DNA of 64,000 nt from an uncultured bacterium (GTDB lineage Bacteria; Chlamydiota; Chlamydiia; Chlamydiales; FEN-1388): positions 79,389 through 143,388 of the forward strand of contig CAYPCN010000001.1 of NCBI GenBank assembly GCA_964409235.1, written 5' to 3'. Position numbers and translations under genes: made by a program. This document shows positions 28,271 to 36,449 of the stretch, piece by piece (the first letter of the stretch is position 1; each line of letters starts with the position of its first letter). The notes under the pieces were generated by a model. That model searched no databases. It was not told where the DNA came from and saw nothing but the letters and a program-made list of their open reading frames with translations.

Positions 28271-29821
28271 ATGCAGATTTTTGATGCGTATGCCATTCTG
28301 AGGAAAGGGGGAGACCTTCGTCCTGACCTCGTTGAGGAGCTCATTCAAGGGCATCAGCAGATTTCTGCTCCTCAATGGGCATCGCTCGTAGCTTTTTTAG
28401 GGAGTAAGAAGGCCACAGAGTCAGAACAAGCATTGCTTGCATGGATCTTTCAACAGAAGCCATGGTGTCGAGATCTCATCCGAGTTGATCGCGGAGAGAT
28501 GATTGGCGATGAACAGGAACGTCGTTTCCTTCGTGCACTCAACAGGCGTGAAGAGCTGGGTGAAGACTCTATTCGCTGGTGGATTTCTGGCGTCACTTCG
28601 AACGCTCTCCCTCCAGAGCACATCGCCTTCTTCCTTGGCAAGATCACCTGTCTTGGCATGCATGCTCATGATATTCGTCGTATGATACGGGCGATGGTAG
28701 ATTTTGGTCATGTGTATGACTACCGAAATCTCAGGGAGCTCGAATTCCGAAAGATCATCCGCCGGTATCCTAGCGGGGCGCTGTCGGAAAAGGGGGCGCT
28801 CGTCCTTCCGGCGCTCATCGCCGCCATCAGAGAATTCTTCCCAGCTGCCACGTCCTTTCTTGTGGCCCGTTCTCTCAGCTTCACGGGGGGGACGTGGGAC
28901 AAGCTTGCAAGCATCCCTGGCTTTCAATTTCCTGCTCCTGGTGCGGCCTCCATCCATGCTATGCAGCGGTGCGGCGTGGCCATGACAGTCACCCATCACG
29001 ATGCCAATCCTGCTGACAGAATCCTGTACCAGATGCGCAGTCAAACGGGAACGGTGGAATGTGAGGCGCTCATCATCGCCAGCATTGTCAGCAAGCAACT
29101 GACCTTCCCTCCTGACGTCGTGCTCCTTGACATGCGGTACGGTCCCGGTGCTTTTTTCCCTGATAGTACGACAGCATCGCACACTGGTGCTACGATGGCG
29201 CAGATCCTTCGCGATGAAGGCGTTGCGGCCTCGTACACTCTCACCGAGGCAGCGGTGCCCACTGGCTCAGCGATCGGCAATGCTCTTGAAATCATCGAAG
29301 CGCTGGTTCTTCTCAAAGGAGTGCCACAGGCAGCCTGGAATCTGAGTGGGCTGGACAGACAGCGAGCTATTGTACTCCGGCTGTTCAGTATCTTACTGCA
29401 CGAAACCTTCCCTCATATTTCGGAGGAGGAGTTCTTCCGCCTCGGCGAAGAGATGCTCTATAACGGCCGGGCCCTCCGAAGTTTTCTCGACATCCTGTCG
29501 TGCCACGGCGTCCAGCCCTCTGTTCTCGATGCATTGCTCGTCGATCCGTGGGGCGTTATGCTTCCAGGGCTTTGCCCTGTTCCTATCTATTCCCCGCACT
29601 CTGGTGTCCTCTCGTCGATTGATCAAAGGGCTCTCGGAAATCTGGTGAATTTTTCTCTTTCACGGATGGAGGATGGTGGTATGGATAGGAGAGCTGGCAT
29701 CAAGCTCAACAAGCTACCGAAGGAGGCCGTTCATTGTGATGAGCCTCTTGCTTGGGTCTTTACGACCACTTCTCTAGAATCATATCGCGATGATGTTCTT
29801 TCATGTTTCGAGGTGCAATGA
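28271..29821 (+). CDS. Thymidine/pyrimidine-nucleoside-phosphorylase-family protein, divergent, with an ~85-aa N-terminal extension
   Basis: SFTGGTWDKLASIPGF matches the conserved TGGT.DKLESIPGF loop. The first phosphate loop reads RRYPSGALSEKG where DeoA has DKHSTGGVGDK. The glycosyl-transferase helical-bundle pattern appears twice at the N terminus. Confidence 0.65.
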   Translation: MQIFDAYAILRKGGDLRPDLVEELIQGHQQISAPQWASLVAFLGSKKATESEQALLAWIFQQKPWCRDLIRVDRGEMIGDEQERRFLRALNRREELGEDSIRWWISGVTSNALPPEHIAFFLGKITCLGMHAHDIRRMIRAMVDFGHVYDYRNLRELEFRKIIRRYPSGALSEKGALVLPALIAAIREFFPAATSFLVARSLSFTGGTWDKLASIPGFQFPAPGAASIHAMQRCGVAMTVTHHDANPADRILYQMRSQTGTVECEALIIASIVSKQLTFPPDVVLLDMRYGPGAFFPDSTTASHTGATMAQILRDEGVAASYTLTEAAVPTGSAIGNALEIIEALVLLKGVPQAAWNLSGLDRQRAIVLRLFSILLHETFPHISEEEFFRLGEEMLYNGRALRSFLDILSCHGVQPSVLDALLVDPWGVMLPGLCPVPIYSPHSGVLSSIDQRALGNLVNFSLSRMEDGGMDRRAGIKLNKLPKEAVHCDEPLAWVFTTTSLESYRDDVLSCFEVQ

Positions 29822-30252
29822 GATATGTTCTTCTTCTCTCCCTGACGCTCTATACGTGTGCTGGCCTTCGTGCTGCGGACGGCTTTGCGATGAAGGATGG
29901 TGGCAGTCGTGACGCCTATGGTTCTGGAGCTGTTCGAGAGAGTCGCGCCAAGAAAGGTCGCTTTGATCTACTCTCCCCGATAGCCCTTCGGAGATTGGCG
30001 ATTGTCTGCGAAAAAGGGGCGCTGAAATACCAAGAGCGGAATTGGGAGAAGGGGATGCCCATCTCTCGCCTTCTCGATAGTGCACTGCGGCATATCAACC
30101 AGTATGTAGAGGGGTATCGAGACGAAGACCATCTTGCCCATGCGATGTGGAATCTCATGGCTGCTCTTCACTTCGACGAACTCAGGCCAGATTTGTGCGA
30201 TATGCACGGTTATGGAGCGGTGACGTCCGCTCCTGTATCGCCAGAAAAATAG
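29818..30252 (+). CDS. Small secreted-type protein with a phage-like dATP/dGTP diphosphohydrolase N-terminal-type domain
   Basis: The ATG overlaps the upstream TGA (ATGA). MRYVLLLSLTLYTCAGLRA is signal-like. RFDLLSP.AL..LA.V...GA.KY..RNWEKGMP.SRLLDSALRH......G..DEDHLAHA.WNL matches my recollection of the family. Confidence 0.55.
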   Translation: MRYVLLLSLTLYTCAGLRAADGFAMKDGGSRDAYGSGAVRESRAKKGRFDLLSPIALRRLAIVCEKGALKYQERNWEKGMPISRLLDSALRHINQYVEGYRDEDHLAHAMWNLMAALHFDELRPDLCDMHGYGAVTSAPVSPEK

Positions 30253-30350
30253 CGCTTTCCACGTGAGCCTCGGTTGGAAGAGGGGAACTTTTCGTTGACT
30301 GACTTTGAGAAATCGTGCGATAACATCGTCACACAGAAAGAAGGATATGC

Positions 30351-31067
30351 ATGGATCCACATCACAAGTCGATAGAATCCTCCTTGCATTGGCATGAGCG
30401 TCTGCTTCATTGGTCGGGATGGGAGCAAATAGTCGAATACCGCTGCCAGCTAATTGGCCTGAGCGTTGCCATCATTGCCCTCGTATCGCTCTTTGGGTGG
30501 TGGGTTGCCCGCCGGCAGTCCTCGTCCGTTGCCGATACGCTCCGTGCTGAGATGATTGTCCATCGCCTGAGACATCCAGAAGCCTCTTCCGAATCGCCCC
30601 CTATATCCGTGAGCCGTGATCTCCAACGCCTTGAGGACCTGGCCCCTTTGGGAACGCCATTAGGAGCTCGATTTTCTGGTGTCATCGCGCAAGAAGAGAT
30701 CGTACAAGGGGGACAACCCATTTCCCAGGAGCGGTTTTCAGTCGCTTCTGAGGCGCTCTTGCAGGCGCAGCTCCCTCTTCACAGTGCGTGTGTACAGGCG
30801 ACGATGTTGTCTGCTTCCGGCAACATCGACGAGGCGATAGGCGTGCTCAACACGATCATTGAAAAGACGGGAGAGGAGTTCCCCAACCTTCATGGCTATG
30901 CATTGTTGGAAAAGATTTCCTCGCTGCGGGCGCAACAAAAATCCAATCGCACTGTTATCGCTGAGTTGGAGCGCTTTCTTGCTTCGCATCCAGAGACGGC
31001 GGCAGCCTTTGACCGCATTTTTTCCGGGAAGACTCGAGGGCTCCTCGATTTTCTCGCGATTGATTAA
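30351..31067 (+). CDS. Hypothetical single-pass membrane protein with a helical C-terminal region
   Basis: 238-aa ORF with a TM segment LIGLSVAIIALVSLFGWWV. No family recognised. Confidence 0.45.
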   Translation: MDPHHKSIESSLHWHERLLHWSGWEQIVEYRCQLIGLSVAIIALVSLFGWWVARRQSSSVADTLRAEMIVHRLRHPEASSESPPISVSRDLQRLEDLAPLGTPLGARFSGVIAQEEIVQGGQPISQERFSVASEALLQAQLPLHSACVQATMLSASGNIDEAIGVLNTIIEKTGEEFPNLHGYALLEKISSLRAQQKSNRTVIAELERFLASHPETAAAFDRIFSGKTRGLLDFLAID

Positions 31068-31481
31068 GAAATTGTGAAGATTCCCGAAAGAATAGCTTGC
31101 TCGGATTTTCAGAAACGTGATACATCCCTTGATAGGCGGCGTATGTTCTCCGTTGTCGGCAATGGCGCGGGCTGAACATAAGGCCTGCTCAGCACACTAC
31201 AGGGGGTGCTGAGCGTTGATCGGAAGACTACATTCCCTTCATCCCCAAGATCCTTGTCGACTACTAGAGCTTCTCACAGCAGGTAAAGGAGGTGAGTTCA
31301 AAGAGAGAAGAAAAATCCTGAAGGCATGTTCGTTGTTCCTCGTTGATGCGGGGAGAAGAGAACTGGCTACGAAGACCCTGGTGGATCGTGATATTTGGTA
31401 TGAACAGAAGATGAATCGGAACCATAAGCGTACAAGGCTCTCTACGAGTTTTGAACGTCTTACCTACCCGATAGGTATACG

Positions 31482-31682
31482 ATGACCGAAAGCCAACCCT
31501 CCACACTCTTGCTAGAAGAGAGTGGTACCTTTGAGGGGGCAGCGCCGGTGCAGTTTGGCATATGTGAACCTGGAGAATATGTCAGAGAGCAATTATGTCC
31601 CGGTGAAGAAGCAAATCGATTCTGTCTTGCAACACAAGAGTCGATTGCATGGATTGATGGAAGGATGACGATTTCCTTCTAG
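31482..31682 (+). CDS. Hypothetical small acidic protein (66 aa)
   Basis: ATG-initiated ORF ending 23 nt before a strong hairpin terminator. It overlaps an upstream TTG-initiated 89-aa ORF by ATGA. No family recognised. Confidence 0.3.
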   Translation: MTESQPSTLLLEESGTFEGAAPVQFGICEPGEYVREQLCPGEEANRFCLATQESIAWIDGRMTISF

Positions 31683-31704
31683 CCCCACAAAGGGAATTGA
31701 CGAG

Positions 31705-31742
31705 AAAACCCGCGAAAGAATCTTTCGCGGGTTTTCTTTTTC
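31705..31742. terminator. Rho-independent-type terminator hairpin, potentially bidirectional
   Basis: AAAACCCGCGAAAGA-A-TCTTTCGCGGGTTTT is followed by CTTTTTC, with an A-run on the left side. Confidence 0.6.
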
Positions 31743-31760
31743 AGGCCAACGCCTCTTTGA

Positions 31761-31777
31761 GAGCCATTTGCGATACG
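31761..31777. repeat. Solo MITE terminus (GAGCCATTTGCGATACG)
   Basis: 15/17 match to the family terminus. No internal element sequence is adjacent. Confidence 0.5.
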
Positions 31778-31993
31778 CCTTTCAACGGGAGTGCCCTCTC
31801 TTTCTCGAGCTCTTGCATCGCTTTACTTTCTCTCGTAGAACTTCTTGTAGCAACGTGCTGTTGTGATCTGGAGTTCGCGATCAAGGAGAGAACAGACAGC
31901 CTCTTGTACAACTCAGTTGTATACAGAGTGAGTTCTACGGCGAGGGTTGTGTTTTGAGAGCTTCTAAAAACCGTATTTGGGCATCAGCGCAGG

Positions 31994-33313
31994 TCAGTCT
32001 TTGGTTGGGGTCATAGTGCATGAGATCGCGGATAAGAAGGCTGAGAGCGTCTCCATTCTTGGCCGACTCTCTTTGCAGTTGGTCATGGAGTGCTTTATAT
32101 TCTTTTCTATAGGTCGAAATAAAAGATTGCCGACCTCGCTTTGAATGTCGTCTGTAAACCACTGAGTAAGTTCCTGTAATTTTTGAGCTGCTTTTTGTGA
32201 GGGTAATGTTGCTGCTAGTTCCTGCTGGAGCCGAATGTCTTTGGATCGACTTGTGAGTCTGACATATGCTTGCCCGCCAAGCCGCTGAACACGTTTTGCT
32301 CGCTTATATGTTCCCGTGCCAATGGTATCCTTGGCGAAATCTGCCACCAAAAGACCGCTATCGTCTGCGTAAATTTTTAATCCTTTGATCGTGTGATTTT
32401 GCTGTATTGCTCCATTAGGCAGGCGGATGATGAGCGATTCCCAGCCGGTCTGTCCTGCCGTGAAAATTTGTTTTGCAATATCCTCGGTGATGCCAAGATC
32501 ATCTTGAAGACTTTTGAGAACCTTGTGCTCGAGTGTCTCAACTTTTGATTCAAAGGCTTGGATTTTCTGTGGATTGATTGAATCAGGAGGCAAAAGAGAT
32601 TGTCCTTCTAATTTCAACTGTTCATACTCTTGTTTGCTGTCTAGCGGGAGCGTACCAGAAAGCCCTCTGAGACGTTCTAGAGCTGATGAGTATTTGTCGA
32701 GCAGTACAGACATTTCAAACTGTGCGATTTTTTCTTCAAAGGCGGGTACTTCTTCTTGAATTGTCTGGACTTCTTTGTCTTTGAGCGCCCCGTCAAGGAT
32801 TTTCCCGGTCTCTACGAGCCGATCGAAGTCTAGACGTTTTGTCGAGGGACAAGAAGCAGCAAGAGAGTGTAGGCGAGTGTTCAGGGTCTCCAGGCGTTTG
32901 GAAAGAGCGTCTTTCTCAATAGAAGGTTGTTCAGGAGGTGAAAGAGACTGGCTGCCAGAAATGTTTCTAAGTATTCTCTCAAACGTTGTGGTTATATTTT
33001 GAATTTCTCGATCCCTATCCCCCCTTCCTGCTCCTTCTTCTTCAATGTGTTGAATAGCAATGTCTTTCAGTATCCGTAGATTGGTTTGGGCCGCCTCTCG
33101 CTCCTTGGCTGAAAGTGAGCCGATGTCGCCTAATCGTTCCTCGATGGTTTTGAATGTAGACAAGAAGTATTCTCTTGAATAGGTAGGGCGATCATATCGT
33201 TTTTGAACCCACTCAATTTTTCTTCCAATTCCTTGGCCTATAACGTTTGGGATATATATCGTGCGCGTTATGGATTTTGGTACCCCGTGCGCTTCGTCTG
33301 GTCTTGTTGTCAT
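31994..33313 (-). CDS. Coiled-coil protein ending in a truncated kinase-like segment (possible pseudogene)
   Basis: ORF 31994-33406. The Met at 33313 is preceded by an AAGGTGA RBS. A long coiled-coil is followed by IGTGTYKRAKRV (G-loop-like). A kinase subdomain XI-like LIRDLMHYDPNQRLTCADA is encoded in a different frame (ORF 31935-32162). No HRD, DFG or APE lies between them. Confidence 0.45.
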   Translation of the reverse strand: MTTRPDEAHGVPKSITRTIYIPNVIGQGIGRKIEWVQKRYDRPTYSREYFLSTFKTIEERLGDIGSLSAKEREAAQTNLRILKDIAIQHIEEEGAGRGDRDREIQNITTTFERILRNISGSQSLSPPEQPSIEKDALSKRLETLNTRLHSLAASCPSTKRLDFDRLVETGKILDGALKDKEVQTIQEEVPAFEEKIAQFEMSVLLDKYSSALERLRGLSGTLPLDSKQEYEQLKLEGQSLLPPDSINPQKIQAFESKVETLEHKVLKSLQDDLGITEDIAKQIFTAGQTGWESLIIRLPNGAIQQNHTIKGLKIYADDSGLLVADFAKDTIGTGTYKRAKRVQRLGGQAYVRLTSRSKDIRLQQELAATLPSQKAAQKLQELTQWFTDDIQSEVGNLLFRPIEKNIKHSMTNCKESRPRMETLSAFLSAISCTMTPTKD

Positions 33314-33589
33314 CGTCACCTTTGAAGGTGCATGTATTAATGATAGCGGCTGTTGGTCAAAGATACTTCTTTCGTAAAGAAAAAAAGTAATAAATGCCAC
33401 TTGCATTGATGGAAAGGGTCACGCGGCTGTAGAACTCTGGCTTCGAGAAGTAGTATATGAGGGGAGTGAATGACAACTGGGAAGGGCTTGCCAAGGGGCA
33501 CGCAGAGCTCATGCGAAGCGTGGTGTGACTGCGAGCAGCATGAGCGGATCGGAGAGCGTATGCCAAGATTCGCAAGGCGGGAGTCAGGA

Positions 33590-33638
33590 CGCAAAAAGAT
33601 CCTACTCTATCCTCCAAAAAGCACATCGCAAATGGTTC
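33590..33638 (+). mobile_element. MITE-like element, right-end fragment F
   Basis: AAAAAGATCCTACTCTATCCTCCAAAAAG-CACATCGCAAATGGTTC matches the right arm and terminus of copy H. Confidence 0.65.
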
Positions 33639-33713
33639 AAAGAGCTCCGCACCTTGTTTTTTTTCCTATGCCAAGGCTACCATATGTTCATGGTTGTCAA
33701 AAGAGCTAGGGAT

Positions 33714-33977
33714 CCTTACCTACGAGGAGCTCGGTTGATCACGTACGAGGTACGAGCAGTGGATGGTGCTGCCATTGGTACAACAAGAGGAATGTTCGTT
33801 GCAAAATGTGTGCTCGTGCGTAGTCCAGAATGGTGTCAGCCGGCCTGGTACAGCCTGTAATGAGTTCGTGGATATACCGTGCATCGAGATCTCAATGTTG
33901 CTGCAAACATTTTGGCCCTCGGACTAGATGGCCTGGGCATTCGCCCTAGACGCCCCTGTCTTCAGGTAGGGGAGTAG
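33714..33977 (+). pseudogene. C-terminal fragment of an IS200/IS605-type TnpB (OrfB) gene with in-frame stops
   Basis: A single frame reads ...LITYEVRAVDGAAIGTTRGMFVAKC..., then TAA TGA at 33858-33863, then VRGYTVHRDLNVAANILALGLDG. HRDLNVAANIL is the RuvC-III DRDxNAAxNI signature. The N-terminal ~300 aa are absent. Confidence 0.55.
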
Positions 33978-34031
33978 TCACGGTACTCTCTTTTGGAAAA
34001 GAAGTGTTGCATACCTAAGATTGTGGAAACT

Positions 34032-36368
34032 ATGAGCAAATCGCTCGTCATTGTCGAATCTCCGGCCAAAATGAAAACGCTGAAGCAGTTTCTTGGCAGG
34101 GATTTTATCTTTGAGTCGTCATTTGGCCATATTCGAGATCTGCCCGAAGATTCGTTTGGTATCGACATCGAACATCAATTTGAACCGACGTACGTCGCCC
34201 TCCCTGAGAAGAAGGCCGTCATTGCCAAGTTAAAGAAAGCTGCCAAAGAATGCGATACTATCTATCTTTCACCGGACCCCGACAGAGAGGGAGAAGCGAT
34301 CGCCTGGCATATCAGCCAGATTCTCGGCCCTAAGGCCAACGTTCAGCGCGTTTCGTTCAATTCCATCACCAAAGAGGCTGTTGCCAAAGCGCTTGCCCAC
34401 CCCACAGCTATCGACATGGCGCTTGTCAATGCCCAGCAGGCGCGTCGCCTTCTTGATCGCCTTGTTGGATATACGCTCTCTCCCCTCATCAGCCGCAAGC
34501 TTGGCCGTCGAGGCAAAGAGGCGATTTCGGCAGGGCGTGTGCAGTCTGTGGCGTTGAAGCTCGTCGTCGACCGCGAGCGAGCTATCGAAGCGTTTATCCC
34601 ATGTGAGTATTGGAATATCACTGCCCAGGTGAAGACAGAGCCCGCTGCCTTCCCATTTTCCGCTGCCCTCTTCAGCATCGACGGTAAGAGAGTTGACAAA
34701 GAGCCAAAAGACGACTGCGTCACTATTTCTAACGAGCAGACGGCCTCTCAGGTCAAAGAGGCCCTCGAACAGTCATCACCATACACCGTCACCCGCGTTG
34801 AGAAGAAAGAGCGGCGTCGCATGCCAGAAGCGCCGTTTATTACTTCAACTCTGCAGCAGGAGGCGAGCCGCCACTTTCGCTTTTCGCCAACACGAACCAT
34901 GCAGATTGCACAGACGTTGTATGAGGGGGTGGAGCTCGGCACCGGCTCTGAGGGTCTTATCACCTACATGCGTACGGACTCTGTGCGCACAGCACCGGAA
35001 GCGCTCTCTGAAGTGCGCCACTATATCTCGTCTCAGCTCGGCCCTCATCTGCTCCCTGACGAGCCTCGACGTTTTTCTGTGAAGAAAAGTGCGCAGGACG
35101 CCCACGAGGCTATCCGTCCGACCCACGTCAGCCGCACGCCTGAGTCTGTGAAGTCCTTTCTCACCCGCGATCAGTTTCTCCTCTACTCTTTGATTTGGAA
35201 GCGATTTGTCGCCTCGCAGATGCTCCATGCGCTCTATGACACGGTGAGCTGCGATATCAAAGCCGATGACCACTACCTCCTTCGAGCCACAGGCTCGCAG
35301 CTGAAAGAGCCCGGCTTTCTCAGCCTCTACGAGGAGAAAGTTGATGAAGAGTCTGACAAAGATGAGCACCGCTTGATTCCAGAGCTTGAGGTTGGCCAAC
35401 GGCTTCTTCTCGAGGCAGTCACTGCTGATCAAGCGTTCACTCGTCCTCCACCGCGTTTCACTGAGGCAACTCTGATCAAAGAGCTTGAGAAATCCGGTAT
35501 TGGCCGCCCGTCGACCTATGCTTCGATCATGAAAAAGATTTCCGCGCGGGAGTACACCACCAAAGAGCAAGGGCGCCTGAAGCCAACAGAGCTTGGGCGT
35601 GTTGTCACAGAGATGCTCGAGACAAGCTTTCCAGATCTCATGAGCATCGGCTTTACAGCGTCGATGGAAGATTCTCTTGAAGAGGTTGCCGAGAACCACA
35701 AAGAGTGGCGTGATGTCCTGGCTATTTTTTGGGAGAAGTTTTCCAAGACCTTGGAGACCGCCAAAGAGCAGGCGCGCCCGCAAAAAGTGATGACCGACAT
35801 GCTCTGCCCCCAATGCCAAGCGCCGTTGCAGAAGGTGTGGTTTCAGACGAAGTACTTCCTCGGCTGCTCTCGCTATCCAGAGTGCACGTACTCCACGTCG
35901 CTCGAAGAAGCGCAGTTTGACAAGGCTGCCTACCGCGAAGACTTTGACTGGGAGCAGCCCTGCCCCCAATGCCAAGCGTCGATGAAAGTCCGCTTTGGCA
36001 GGTATGGGGCATTCCTCGGTTGTACGAAATATCCAGAATGCCGCGGTGTCGTTCGCATCCCCAAGAAGGGGGAAGAGTTGGCCTCATCCCATCCCTGTCC
36101 TGCTGTAGGCTGCGATGGCTCGCTCGTCCAACGTCGCTCGCGCTTTGGGAAGCTTTTCTGGTCGTGCAGCAGCTTCCCCTCCTGCGATGTAGCTGGATCC
36201 TCGCTCGATCATATTGACGAGAAGTTTCACGACCACCCAAAAACGCCGTATGTATCGAAGAAGAAAGGATCTGGAGAAGCCAAGAAGGCCACCGCTTCAA
36301 AGAAAAAAGCCACCAAACGCCGGTCTGTGAAGAGAGAAAAAACACCACCGGAGGAAGGGACGCAGTAG
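34032..36368 (+). CDS. topA: DNA topoisomerase I
   Basis: MSKSLVIVESPAKMKTL (Toprim), DPDREGEAIAWH, active-site region GLITYMRTDS, C-terminal CxxC zinc ribbons and a Lys-rich tail. ORF 33993-36368. Confidence 0.93.
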   Translation: MSKSLVIVESPAKMKTLKQFLGRDFIFESSFGHIRDLPEDSFGIDIEHQFEPTYVALPEKKAVIAKLKKAAKECDTIYLSPDPDREGEAIAWHISQILGPKANVQRVSFNSITKEAVAKALAHPTAIDMALVNAQQARRLLDRLVGYTLSPLISRKLGRRGKEAISAGRVQSVALKLVVDRERAIEAFIPCEYWNITAQVKTEPAAFPFSAALFSIDGKRVDKEPKDDCVTISNEQTASQVKEALEQSSPYTVTRVEKKERRRMPEAPFITSTLQQEASRHFRFSPTRTMQIAQTLYEGVELGTGSEGLITYMRTDSVRTAPEALSEVRHYISSQLGPHLLPDEPRRFSVKKSAQDAHEAIRPTHVSRTPESVKSFLTRDQFLLYSLIWKRFVASQMLHALYDTVSCDIKADDHYLLRATGSQLKEPGFLSLYEEKVDEESDKDEHRLIPELEVGQRLLLEAVTADQAFTRPPPRFTEATLIKELEKSGIGRPSTYASIMKKISAREYTTKEQGRLKPTELGRVVTEMLETSFPDLMSIGFTASMEDSLEEVAENHKEWRDVLAIFWEKFSKTLETAKEQARPQKVMTDMLCPQCQAPLQKVWFQTKYFLGCSRYPECTYSTSLEEAQFDKAAYREDFDWEQPCPQCQASMKVRFGRYGAFLGCTKYPECRGVVRIPKKGEELASSHPCPAVGCDGSLVQRRSRFGKLFWSCSSFPSCDVAGSSLDHIDEKFHDHPKTPYVSKKKGSGEAKKATASKKKATKRRSVKREKTPPEEGTQ

Positions 36369-36449
36369 GCGGGCGGTTCGAGAACATGTCCGACGATGGC
36401 AGGTCTTGCCTACGAGGTTTCCATCCTTACAAGCCTTTTTTCTTCAGCG

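Noticed and set aside
34845-35975. Long antisense ORFs: 376 aa opposite topA, 342 aa at 17817-18845 opposite the kinase, 268 aa at 16307-17113 opposite rng, 253 aa at 28421-29182, 242 aa at 10303-11031, 251 aa at 37482-38237, and many others.
   Set aside because: Each is fully embedded opposite a gene with clear family signatures. Their Arg/Ser/Pro-rich, low-complexity translations are typical of stop-poor antisense frames in GC-rich coding DNA.
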